A stretch of DNA of 64,000 nt from Candidatus Woesearchaeota archaeon (GCA_964409005.1 CAYPBR010000001.1:18383-82382); one strand, 5' to 3'; counted from the first letter of the stretch, positions 9,179 to 19,466 are shown. The notes: generated by a model from the sequence alone, not told the origin. A program made the numbers and translations.

Positions 9179-9914
9179 TATGCTTATTCAAATATTCTTC
9201 TTTATATGGTTTTCTTATTGATAGCCCTCTTGACAATCTCCATTCCCTTTGAAAATCAATTTCAAACATTTTTACCATATATCTCATTGAAGCATTATGT
9301 CTATGAAGTAAACTTACTCCCCAATCTGCACTTATTAATCTATTTTTATTGTTATCATAAAATCTTCTATAGGGAGAATTCGTTTTAAGAAATGAAGGAG
9401 CTAACACCCCTAAGAGTTTCGATTTTAAAAATGTATCATAAGGTGATCTAAAGCCCGGAGTGAGTTTATCAATAGGTATCAAAGTATCAGTTTTTACCCA
9501 TTCTCCATGATCCCCTTTTTTCTTATCAAACTTATAACCGAAAGTATCTCCGGTTGCTATACCGCTATAAGCCCACATCTTAGATACGGTAGAGCATTTT
9601 TCTATATCTATTCTTGAAAGCAAAACACTACCTAAGGTCGGCCCTATACCAACTTGATCTTTTAACCATTCATTCCATATATTAAACTCCGGCAATGTCG
9701 ATTCAATAAACTTACCCATATCTTTTTCTAATTTTTTAAATCCTTTAAGGTGTAAAAAAAAGATATTTTCTTCACTCTCCATATAATTGCCTGCTCTTAT
9801 TCTACTTTCTAATGAAATACGCATTTTTTGATAATCATAAAACGTATTCACAGCATCTTTCAAAATCTTTTTGTACTTGTCTTCATGCTCGTTACTTTTT
9901 CTTTTGGTTTTCAT
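9168..9914 (-). CDS. tasA: TIGR-associated Nop-domain protein (TasA-like; IS110 C-terminal/Nop fold, no RuvC or HNH seen)
   Basis: coiled coil FYDYQKMRISLESRI; WLKDQVGIGPTLGSVLLSRIDIEKCSTVSKMWAYSG (IS110 Transposase_20/Nop-like); SPYRRFYD; HRHNASMRYMVKMF; stop codon overlaps the first array unit. Confidence 0.85.
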   Translation of the reverse strand: MKTKRKSNEHEDKYKKILKDAVNTFYDYQKMRISLESRIRAGNYMESEENIFFLHLKGFKKLEKDMGKFIESTLPEFNIWNEWLKDQVGIGPTLGSVLLSRIDIEKCSTVSKMWAYSGIATGDTFGYKFDKKKGDHGEWVKTDTLIPIDKLTPGFRSPYDTFLKSKLLGVLAPSFLKTNSPYRRFYDNNKNRLISADWGVSLLHRHNASMRYMVKMFEIDFQREWRLSRGLSIRKPYKEEYLNKHNEA

Positions 9915-10261
9915 TTTTTTTCTCCTATTGAGGTTTTTTTAGTTTTAACAATCCTATAATAATCAATCCAAACACAATAAAAACAAATAAGTATTTGAAT
10001 GTAACAAGCGGCATACTCATCATTCCTACGCCTACTCCCAATAACACTAACCATATAGTCCACAATGCAATATGTTGGTTAAGTGTCATTGAAGCCTGAT
10101 CGTTCTTCTTTAAGATTTTATCACACATCCGATTTATCTTTGCTCGCCTTTTCGCTATCATTATTATTACTCACCTTTAGTACTTGTTACATCTAATTTA
10201 TTACAATCCTTCTTTTGCTACTATGTTTTTTTTACCGAATAGATAAACAGATAGTTACTTT

Positions 10262-10609
10262 CTAACTGATTCTTTCTATTGTTTTACCTTCATCATTAAG
10301 CAAATAAGCCCGACTATTAAAGGCAATGCATAACTCATTTCTACCCTTACCATTAAGATCGTAAGACGAGTGAAAACGAGTAACAATTACCTCACATTGA
10401 GTAGGATCATCTTCAGTTTCCCGTCTTATCCATTGTGCATATAAAGCATTTACATCAAGTCGAGGACTTTTAGTAGAATTAAAATCTCTCTCGAAAATTA
10501 AATTTTCTTCAGTTATAAAATATTCATTATGGTTAAATGAAATACTAGTAATATTATCATAATAATACCACTTTGATTTAATAACTGTATCTTGTATCTT
10601 TAAAATCAT
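10262..10609 (-). CDS. hypothetical phage protein flanked by an inverted repeat
   Basis: 115 aa ending AYLLNDEGKTIERIS; GAGGT RBS; IR arms at 10235-10254 and 10635-10654. Confidence 0.6.
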   Translation of the reverse strand: MILKIQDTVIKSKWYYYDNITSISFNHNEYFITEENLIFERDFNSTKSPRLDVNALYAQWIRRETEDDPTQCEVIVTRFHSSYDLNGKGRNELCIAFNSRAYLLNDEGKTIERIS

Positions 10610-11995
10610 TTTGCTACCTCTCTGTCTTTTTATTCTATCTGTCTACCTATGCGGATTTTAGACTATTTATTATTTTTATTCATTTACCCTTCTTTAGTAA
10701 TTGTAACATTTCCGATACTACTCGCTGTTTAATTGACTCTCTGTTATATTTTTTTCTGAAAGTTTCATGCATATCATATAATTCATCCGCATACTGTTTT
10801 AACAACCATTCCTTTTCCGTCCTCAACCGTTCGTTTTCCTTCTTCAACCATTTTATTTCTGTTTCCAATTCTTCGCATGTTTTGTCAGCTTCGCCTTTAC
10901 GATATATGTCAATAAGATTATCACCACCAAAAATTCCTTCTTGACGCAAATCCTCTTCAAATACTTTATACACTGTCATTTAATCCTCCTTTAGCGCTTG
11001 TTATTCCTTGTTCATTTCTATTATACATTCATCACATAAAGCGTGTCCTTGCTTGACCGATATACTACACCGACAACAATTCCAATTGTAATAAGGATTC
11101 CTTGACCGCATCTTAGACTCTATCCTCTCCCACCGCTTGGCATTTTGTGTCATTTCTTCCGCTTTCATTCTCCCACCTTTAACGCTTGTTATCTATTAAA
11201 ATATTTATCCCTGATCTTTACCCGACCACCACAATACTTCTTGCACCTTTCTAACATTCCAATCATCAGCTTTAACTTCACCCCTCTTCGTTTTATATAC
11301 ATCCATTTTTTGAGCCACTTCAAGCGCATCAGAAATATTCTCAGCATCGATAAGCCGACTAAATAAAATTGTCTCTTCATGTACTATTTCAAACTTTCTC
11401 ATTCAACCCTCCTTTAACGCTTGTTGCATTTCTTCAATTAAGTATTTCTTTTGGTCATCTTCCCCGCACCAAATAGCATTTACATTATCACTACTTCCAA
11501 TACATTTTAAAATCAACCATTCCCTTTCCTTCTCCAACCGCTCGTTTTCTTTATAAACAATATCTAATTCATCGCCCACATCATTCAATTTATTCTTACA
11601 TTGATGAAAATGTTGAAAAGCTCTCTGCTTATTTACAACTTCTATAAATGGATTACTCATTCAATTCCTCTCCTTCAGAGCTTGCTGCAAATTCATATAA
11701 TACCAACCATGCCATACCCATAGATATATATTAATGTAGTACCCTGATATATACATTCACTTACTCTCTTTTCGTACTTGTATGGCTATTTGTTGCATTC
11801 TATCTATACAATCATTTAATTCTGGAGCTTCACTATTCTCATACGTATTAACTGCTTCTTCGTCAATATCATCCAATGCCTTTCTCAATTGCTCAATTTC
11901 CAATATCATCCATCCTATAATTTCATTAGGTACACGGTATTTTTTCTTTATGTCTATCAATCTATCCATTCAACTCTCTCATAAGATATATTAAA

Positions 11996-12223
11996 CTATA
12001 GCAGATCATATATAAATCTAATCGCCGAGGCAGCAGCATGAAGTGCTTCTTTTCTAAGTTGCTGAGGATTCTGTTTTCCTTTTATCTCATCCCACAATTC
12101 ATCAACCTCTTCTTCTAATACTGCTTTTCCTTCGTGATATGAATTATAGGGAGCCCACTTTTTTCTTGCAAACATAATCTGTCTATTAACTTCATCAAGT
12201 ATTGCTATTAACTTCTTATCCAT
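11996..12223 (-). CDS. small MazG-like all-alpha NTP pyrophosphohydrolase
   Basis: EGKAVLEEEVDELWDEI...LRKEALHAAA acidic helical motif. Confidence 0.55.
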   Translation of the reverse strand: MDKKLIAILDEVNRQIMFARKKWAPYNSYHEGKAVLEEEVDELWDEIKGKQNPQQLRKEALHAAASAIRFIYDLL

Positions 12224-12982
12224 TCACACTCCCTTTAAAGCTTGTTGCATTTTATCTATAATTCTACATCATTATTCATCCATTCTCCATACAACTTTTC
12301 CCAATTTCTTATAGCTATATCTTTATCAATTGCATAAACAGTCCAGTCCAAACACAATATATGCCATGCTTTAAATCCTTGATCCCACACTGGTTCAAGC
12401 GACCATCCACATAAAGGACAGTTTTTCATTTTTACTCTCCTTTAAATTTTATATTCTTCTTGATCTCTCTATACCTTGTCTACTCATTTTCTTTATAAAT
12501 AACATATTACTATAATCACCTTTCCATCCACATATACAAATTACTCTATTATTATCACTAAGTGGTCTTACAAAAACATATGCTGACTCACCACAACTCG
12601 GACAAACCATTTTACCACCTTTTCCTATCCTAACTATACAAAGACTTTTTCTATATTGTTTACCTCGTTTTATTCTACTTACTGTTGAAGGATGAATATT
12701 TAACCTTTCTGCAATTACCCGATTCAACTCTTTAGAATTAATAATTTCTTTTTTCTCTTCATTAGTCAAACATATAGGCATATTTTCTCCTTAATCTTTT
12801 TGCATTTCTTTTATTAAATAAAGAATTTGCGTTTCAATCATTCTCACTTAAGCACTATAATATACTGAAAGTTTCTCATCATCTTCACTATCGAAAATCT
12901 TTAATAATGCTTTTCGCGATTCTCGTAAATCTTCTATATACTTTTCTTTACCAAATATTGACATTATTTTATCCCTTAAAAT

Positions 12983-13717
12983 TTAATCTTCGTCCAAATA
13001 ATCCATTTCCCTTAGGGCTTGATCAATTTCTTTTTCAGTCATCCCACTATATTCATTATTCTGTATAGCTTGACCTTGACCTTGGTTCTGATTTAATATT
13101 GTTTTCGCCGCGTTAACATTAATTCTTCCAGCATACCCAAGTAAGTCCGAAATTGCTTTTCTTCTTACTTCTGCATTAGTCCTTCGATTCGATATTATCT
13201 GCATCAGCTCCAATATAGCTATCTCTTGATTTTGTGCAAATATCTCGGTTATTCGTTTATCAATGCTGTATTGATAGGTCTCAATCAATCCTTTTGTCCC
13301 ATCAAACGTCAGCCAATTACTGATAGTCGCTACCGACACGCCAAATTGTTTAGCCCAATCTTTATGAGTTTTATGCTTCACACAAGTTGAATAATCTAAG
13401 CAAAACTTTCGCATTTGCGGTGAAACTCTTTGTTTTGCGTTTTGCGCTTCTTCCCAGGTTCGCACAAGCTCGGGATAAGCAATAGGTTTACTGTCTTCCC
13501 ACAATAAAATATTTTCAATAAGTTGAGGTTTAGTTAACCTGCAATAAGGAAGATTTTTCCTCCTGCAAAAAACTTTCAATTTATCACGTAAAACATTTTC
13601 CAACTGTTCTTTTGTATGTTTTTTTCCCGATGGTTTTACAAAGGGTTTTGGATTTTTCACTGGAATCGGCATTTTATCCTCTAAAATAATAATTGAGTTG
13701 TGTATAAAACAAAGCAT
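12983..13717 (-). CDS. HTH protein, possible terminase small subunit
   Basis: SPQMRKFCLDY, then HTH HKDWAKQFGVSVATISNWL, helical body and low-complexity tail. Confidence 0.45.
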   Translation of the reverse strand: MLCFIHNSIIILEDKMPIPVKNPKPFVKPSGKKHTKEQLENVLRDKLKVFCRRKNLPYCRLTKPQLIENILLWEDSKPIAYPELVRTWEEAQNAKQRVSPQMRKFCLDYSTCVKHKTHKDWAKQFGVSVATISNWLTFDGTKGLIETYQYSIDKRITEIFAQNQEIAILELMQIISNRRTNAEVRRKAISDLLGYAGRINVNAAKTILNQNQGQGQAIQNNEYSGMTEKEIDQALREMDYLDED

Positions 13718-14129
13718 AGCATCCCTACAACTGCTATTATAAGTAATATTATACCGACAGCACCTTTTATATTTCTCTTCGGTTTATATCTCTCAAATTT
13801 CATTATCTGACACTCCTAACCCAAATTCCTTATTTATTTCTTCTTCTTCCGATACACCTATAGTATCATTATTAACTTGATCAATAGCGTGTACTTTACA
13901 TCCTTTATACTTGCCTGCATTTCTAACTTTTTCAATAGCTTCTTGCATAGTTGAAGCTTCAACATCCAATATTTTCTGAATTGTTATTCTATACTTCATT
14001 TTTCTCTCCTTATTATTTATTTCTTTTAATTCTCGCATTGATTTAACTATATAACCTTTACCGTGAACTATTGTCATTGCCGAACACACATCTTCTGCCT
14101 CAATAACAATCTCATCATCTTTAATTACA

Positions 14130-14513
14130 TCAATTAAATAGCATTTCATTTTTATTCTCCTTACGATTTATAGAATCTTTCATACTAAAACCATTAGGGT
14201 ATCTTTCTTTAAGCTTTTCTATATTATGTTTCATTATGTCATCAAGACTAAATCCCATAATACTCGCCAACGCTGTAAGATACCATAACGCATCACCTAT
14301 CTCTTCCTTAACATTATTTCTATCCAACTTCCAATCATGATAAAGTACATGCTTAAGATGTCCTGCTAACTCACCCACTTCACTTATTATCCCTAAACAA
14401 TAATTCTTAACTTCTTCATTTTTAGTAATAAGATAATTTCGTGTTCGTTCAACAAGTTCCTGATATTCATTATTCTTCACTATTACGCTCCTTATAACTC
14501 TCAAGTGCATCAA
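14130..14513 (-). CDS. MazG-like NTP pyrophosphohydrolase
   Basis: LGIISEVGEL, KEEIGDALWYL, NIEKLKERYPNGF. Confidence 0.9.
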   Translation of the reverse strand: MMHLRVIRSVIVKNNEYQELVERTRNYLITKNEEVKNYCLGIISEVGELAGHLKHVLYHDWKLDRNNVKEEIGDALWYLTALASIMGFSLDDIMKHNIEKLKERYPNGFSMKDSINRKENKNEMLFN

Positions 14514-14677
14514 GTTTTTTAATCATCCAATCTTTTACATTGCCGGTCAATTGAATATAATCATAAACCCCTTCAATGCTTTCAAGAGCAAATTCATAAT
14601 AAGGATCATCCATCATATTGTTAATTCGCTCATTCAAATCATCGTCAACTTTATGTTCTTTACACTCTATTTTAAAA

Positions 14678-15574
14678 TCACTTAATTTTGCCATTATTTC
14701 TATCCTTATGAGTTTCATCATATTGTTTAACTTTTTTTATTACCTTTTCTGTTGCTTCGTTATAAATATCTTTCACATCTTTAAAATTCCAGACTCGTTC
14801 TTCTATACCTTTAAGACTATATACCTTATTTATTAATCGTTTTTGAAAATCTTTAAAATCTTTATGATAAATATGAAAACTATCTGCCTGCCAATTTAAA
14901 CGCCCCATTACAAGATTGTTATCAATACGAGACTGAACTCTCGGTATTACTACTTCCTTATTAAACATAATAAATCCAAACATATTCATAAAGCTTGCGC
15001 CCCAAGCATCATTACTTCTTATTCTTATATTGCAATTAAGAATATATTCAGTCTTTCCTTTTCTTAAATTAAATTCCTCTGATATTCTATACCAAATACT
15101 TTGTATGCAAGGTGGATCATCTATAAATAAATCAATTTCAGGCTCCCATGTAATCATCTGCGACTGCCTATTAAATGGTTGAACAACTAATTTATCTATA
15201 ACAACATTCAATTGATTTAAAAACCTACCCATCTTCGTAGGATAATTTGTAAGCCTATCATGATAAGTATACGGCCATCTTGTATCATCAGGATCGTCAA
15301 TGTCAGCTTGCCAATGATCTTTAATACCCTCCTCTAATTCCATTACATATTCCCTCAAATCCTCAATCCCACCGCGAAATGCTTTATGTATCATTGGTTC
15401 TGCAAGTGGGTCTTCAATTACAATATTCATAGTGCAATCCAATGTTTTATCTTCTTCTTTCATATCGTACTGTGATTTAATATGTTTTCCCGATGTATAA
15501 AGTTTTATCAAAGCTTTTTCATAAGCCAATGCTAAAGTCTCACCCCTCACTATTATCACTGGTATCCCTTTCAT
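14678..15574 (-). CDS. thyA: thymidylate synthase-family protein (ThyA-like)
   Basis: YTYHDRL, catalytic DPPC, RSND..G...N, SFHIY. Confidence 0.8.
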   Translation of the reverse strand: MKGIPVIIVRGETLALAYEKALIKLYTSGKHIKSQYDMKEEDKTLDCTMNIVIEDPLAEPMIHKAFRGGIEDLREYVMELEEGIKDHWQADIDDPDDTRWPYTYHDRLTNYPTKMGRFLNQLNVVIDKLVVQPFNRQSQMITWEPEIDLFIDDPPCIQSIWYRISEEFNLRKGKTEYILNCNIRIRSNDAWGASFMNMFGFIMFNKEVVIPRVQSRIDNNLVMGRLNWQADSFHIYHKDFKDFQKRLINKVYSLKGIEERVWNFKDVKDIYNEATEKVIKKVKQYDETHKDRNNGKIK

Positions 15575-15821
15575 CGCACTCCTCCTAAATATTTTTCATC
15601 TAATAGTTCGCTTTCTATTAAAATAGTTAATAATCTTTCTTCATCTTCAAAGGGATTATTAATTAATAATCCCTTTGAAAAATATTCTTTTACTTTTTTT
15701 TTAAATAAATCTTTTTGCTTATGAGTAAAATCTTTTTGACAGAGATTACGATTATTTGTTTTCTTTCTCAAGTACATTATTAAATTATATGATATTAATT
15801 CAAGTGGCCTTTCTGCTCTAT

Positions 15822-16640
15822 TCATTTATTTACTCTTGAATAATTAGCTAAGACTCTATCGGAATAATCTCTATATTTTCCCGGTACATCTTCTGAAAAT
15901 ATGCCTTCTCCATTTTTAAAATATTCATCAGCTCTATAAGGCCCAGCATTATACCCAACTAAAGCCCATTCCACCCTTCCATCAAACTCTTCCAACAACA
16001 ACTTCATATATCTTATACCTAACTTTTTGCTTTCTATTGGATCATACAACATTTCAATAGAATAATTATTAGTTTGCAAATATTCCCACGGTGAAACTGA
16101 ATTTGCTAACATTTTAGCTGTAAATGTCATAAATTGTTCAGTACCTAAAGCGCCCATATCACTTTTAGCATGAATATTAAAACCGGCACTTTCTATAACA
16201 GCTATAAATAAAGAAATATACGGATCAATTCCTACCATCTCACATCCTGTATAAGTTACCTCTAAATATTTTTTTATATTTTCTTTATTCATTCTATCAT
16301 CTTTAGGTGTTTGATATTTTTCCATTTCTTCAAGAATAATTCTCGTACTATTTAACATAAATTCTTCAAACTTTTCTCCATCTTTAATATAATAACCGCC
16401 AGCATAATCTTTAATATATAAAGCAGTCTCCAATATAATTGACTTTTCTTTTTGCACAATTTCAATTCTCTCCTCATAATCTTTCATTATTTGTACTGCT
16501 TCTTTTTTAAGGTTAACATTTATAATTATAAAAATTCCTATTGCGCCCAATAAAAAAGAAAGCATAAGGGCAATTATAAAAATAATTTTCTTATATTGAT
16601 CTTTACTCTTATAACAACTTTCTTTATCATGTGTAGCCAT
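15822..16640 (-). CDS. membrane-anchored lytic transglycosylase (SLT domain)
   Basis: N-terminal TM helix; IAVIESAG, GALGTEQFM, ALVGYNAGP. Confidence 0.88.
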   Translation of the reverse strand: MATHDKESCYKSKDQYKKIIFIIALMLSFLLGAIGIFIIINVNLKKEAVQIMKDYEERIEIVQKEKSIILETALYIKDYAGGYYIKDGEKFEEFMLNSTRIILEEMEKYQTPKDDRMNKENIKKYLEVTYTGCEMVGIDPYISLFIAVIESAGFNIHAKSDMGALGTEQFMTFTAKMLANSVSPWEYLQTNNYSIEMLYDPIESKKLGIRYMKLLLEEFDGRVEWALVGYNAGPYRADEYFKNGEGIFSEDVPGKYRDYSDRVLANYSRVNK

Positions 16641-16651
16641 GTTTAACTCTC

Positions 16652-16885
16652 CTATTTTCTATTTTTTAATGTTGTAGCAATTTGACTTATGCTTGCTATA
16701 GTTGCATTACCTCCTGTATAAGCAGTGCCCGAAATTACAGTCCACTTACAAATAATTTCTAATTTCTCTGCTCCAATGTTCATAAACTTAGATAGAATAA
16801 AAAATAATGCTAACATCGATGCTGTAATTATAAAGACAATAAGTTTTCTGCCTAATTTCTTTGATACAAACTTATCCTCTGCCAT
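16652..16885 (-). CDS. putative holin
   Basis: 77 aa with two hydrophobic segments and a basic C-terminus, lying between two muralytic enzymes. Confidence 0.6.
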   Translation of the reverse strand: MAEDKFVSKKLGRKLIVFIITASMLALFFILSKFMNIGAEKLEIICKWTVISGTAYTGGNATIASISQIATTLKNRK

Positions 16886-16896
16886 TTATACGCTCC

Positions 16897-17658
16897 TCAA
16901 TATATAATAAAATCTTTATTTTTATAACTTCTTATCTTTAGAGCTACCTCTATTCCTTCACGCTCGCCTTTCGAGTTAGTATTCCCTTCAATCGCCATAA
17001 AGACTTTATCTCTTACTTCAATTATAATTCCAATATGAATCCAGTCGCCCCATTCTTTTCTTATTACATAAAATGATCCAGGAATTATTTTATCCTTTTT
17101 TACTTCATTTTCTTTATAAAATATTCCGTTTCGTATAGCATCATTCACTATTGCATCTACTGAAAATGATTTAATAAATGGCATTGACACAATAGGATCA
17201 TCATTACCTTTATCTTCATTCTTGTATAACTCATCATATGCTTGTTGTAACACATAACACACAAACCCTGCACACCACGGCCAAGCATTCCCTTCGTAAC
17301 CATCCATATACATTCTTACCCAAGGCCCCATATTTTGACCACCTACTTCTTTCGGTTTTTGTCTCAAATGTTGTTTTGCATATTCAACAACTAAATCATG
17401 TGATGGAATTAATTCTCCTTGAAATAATGCAGGACGAGACATATTCGCTTTTGCCATCGGTTCTATTAATTTTTCAAATGTTTTATCGCCTACAATTCCA
17501 TCAACTATTAAAATATTATGATTTTGAAACAACATTACACCGTGTTCAGTTGCGGGCCCAAAATCCCCATCTATAGCAAGTCCAAATCCATGTAAATTAA
17601 GCCATTCCTGAACTAGTTTTACATTTGCTCCCTTACTTCCCTTTTTGATTAATACCAT
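16897..17658 (-). CDS. endolysin: peptidoglycan-binding domain plus CHAP domain
   Basis: GSKGANVKLVQ..DGDFGPATE..DGIVG PG-binding domain; PWCAGFV, HIGII, IEGNT CHAP motifs. Confidence 0.9.
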   Translation of the reverse strand: MVLIKKGSKGANVKLVQEWLNLHGFGLAIDGDFGPATEHGVMLFQNHNILIVDGIVGDKTFEKLIEPMAKANMSRPALFQGELIPSHDLVVEYAKQHLRQKPKEVGGQNMGPWVRMYMDGYEGNAWPWCAGFVCYVLQQAYDELYKNEDKGNDDPIVSMPFIKSFSVDAIVNDAIRNGIFYKENEVKKDKIIPGSFYVIRKEWGDWIHIGIIIEVRDKVFMAIEGNTNSKGEREGIEVALKIRSYKNKDFIIY

Positions 17659-18147
17659 ACTTCGTCACCTCTTCAGCTAAATCGATTTTACATCCTTTTG
17701 GAAGAACTGATTTAAAATTTTTTCTACCGTAAAAATCAACTAAATCTAAAGGTATCATATATTCAAAAAAATACTTCCTTTCATTACTTTGTTTACTTAC
17801 AAATACATAAATATCAAGTTGTGTTTCATATTTTTTAATATAAGTATTCATCAAACTTGTTAGGAACTTTTCCCATAGATAATGTGTATATGCATTTGCA
17901 AAACTTTCATTTTTAACTTCTACTAAGCATGTAATACCCACAACCAAGCACATTTAAGCTTCCTTATTTTTTAAAGTTTCAATCATTTGCTCTTCTATTG
18001 ATCTATACAAAACAGCTCCAGCATCTAAAAGAAATGAAATTGCTCTATCCATTCTAACATCAGTAACTCTTTTTAAATCATGCAATGCATCTAAAGTACT
18101 ATCTTGAATGACTAAATTCAATTCCATAAAATGTAATTTCCTTAAAA

Positions 18148-19020
18148 TTACATTTTCTTCACTAGACTGAATACTTTGTACAGTTGCAGATTTATCAACT
18201 GCTCCTTTAACCTTGATATGTTTTTTTTCTTCCGGCATGGTAAGTCCTCCACTATAACATCTGATTTTAATTTTAAAAGTTCATAATTATCAGTCAAGAG
18301 CGACTTGTTCTCTTCCAAACTAATAATCCATTTTTTATATTTTACATTAAGTGGTTTGTATTTTAATGCTTCGCTTAAATCTTTGCAATTGCTAACAATG
18401 CTTTTAGCTAACTCTTCAGGAAAATAGCGTATACCAGTAATATTATCTTTTTTATCACCACGTATCATTTTGTAAAGAAGTATTCGTTCAGGTGGGTAAC
18501 CATATAAATCTTTTAAATGTTCGTAACTTAAAACTTTATTCTTTTTAAAAACTTCACAATTCTCATTCATTATTTGTAACCAGTCACTATCCTCCGATAC
18601 TAGCATTATTTTATATTTATCTTTATATTTTTCACAATAATAAGCTGCAACATCATCCGCTTCATATCCAGGTACAAATTTCTGTTCAATTCCTAAAAGC
18701 GATAGCAACTCTTTTAAGTACACTATAGCTTTTGTTAAATCGTCAGGTCTTGCTGATCTATTAGCTTTATATGTTTCATTGATTTTCTTTCTAACTAAAG
18801 AATTCCCTTCCCATGCTACAATTAATTTCATTTCTTCATGATCTCTTTTCAATCTTAAAACTAAAGAAAGAAAACCATGATATAAACCTGTTTTAGTACC
18901 GTCTTTACTTCTAAGTTTAGAAAGTCCATAATAGTAATTATAAACTTGATTCATCGCGTCTACAATAATATAACCCTGTACTACACCTTTCTTTTTAACT
19001 TCTTTAGTTAGCGATGTCAT
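18148..19020 (-). CDS. 5'-3' exonuclease / flap endonuclease
   Basis: IVDAMN, YKANR, GYEADDV, SEDSDWLQ, GDKKDNITG. Confidence 0.92.
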   Translation of the reverse strand: MTSLTKEVKKKGVVQGYIIVDAMNQVYNYYYGLSKLRSKDGTKTGLYHGFLSLVLRLKRDHEEMKLIVAWEGNSLVRKKINETYKANRSARPDDLTKAIVYLKELLSLLGIEQKFVPGYEADDVAAYYCEKYKDKYKIMLVSEDSDWLQIMNENCEVFKKNKVLSYEHLKDLYGYPPERILLYKMIRGDKKDNITGIRYFPEELAKSIVSNCKDLSEALKYKPLNVKYKKWIISLEENKSLLTDNYELLKLKSDVIVEDLPCRKKKNISRLKEQLINLQLYKVFSLVKKM

Positions 19021-19040
19021 ATTAACTATCCATTAATTTT

Positions 19041-19466
19041 TTATATACTCTCATTATTCTTAACTCCGTAGTCCACCATCCCTTTAAAATCCGACCACTC
19101 TAATGATACCACTATATTCTCGAATTGTAAATCCCTTTTACCATTTTTTATCCAACGATAAAGTTTCTTGAAATATTTTAATCTCATCAGTACCTTAGTC
19201 TTATTACTATATGTCTTTCTATAACAAATTAGTAATATATCACTTTCGTTTTCCCGGTACTTCTCAATTTCTTTTATTTCCTTTTCAATAATCAAATTAT
19301 TCCTATTTTTACATTCAATAAGTAATCGATTTCCAGGATCAAGACACTTTACAACATCAGGTACACTTTCTCCAAGATGAGACTTAGAGTATCTTTCAAC
19401 TCCCAAAGCTCTCGCTATATCAAGTTCGAATTTCTTCCATCCAGTTTTACTCATTATTTTTTCCAA
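19041..19466 (-). CDS. Holliday junction resolvase-like PD-(D/E)xK nuclease
   Basis: GWKKFELDIA, VPDV, IECKN. Confidence 0.65.
   Translation of the reverse strand: MEKIMSKTGWKKFELDIARALGVERYSKSHLGESVPDVVKCLDPGNRLLIECKNRNNLIIEKEIKEIEKYRENESDILLICYRKTYSNKTKVLMRLKYFKKLYRWIKNGKRDLQFENIVVSLEWSDFKGMVDYGVKNNESI

Noticed and set aside
9207..9215. Extra tggttttct inside the tas gene
   Set aside because: Out of phase with the 36-nt period and without the partner repeat.
8805..9252. Plus-strand ORFs 8805-9113 and 8875-9252 with 12-aa periodic repeats
   Set aside because: They are by-products of the 36-nt array read antisense; they run against the genome-wide minus-strand orientation, and variation falls in 9-nt blocks rather than at codon positions.
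9168..9914. IS110 transposase / insertion sequence
   Set aside because: No N-terminal DEDD RuvC-like domain is seen, the protein is short, and it is coupled to a guide-like array.
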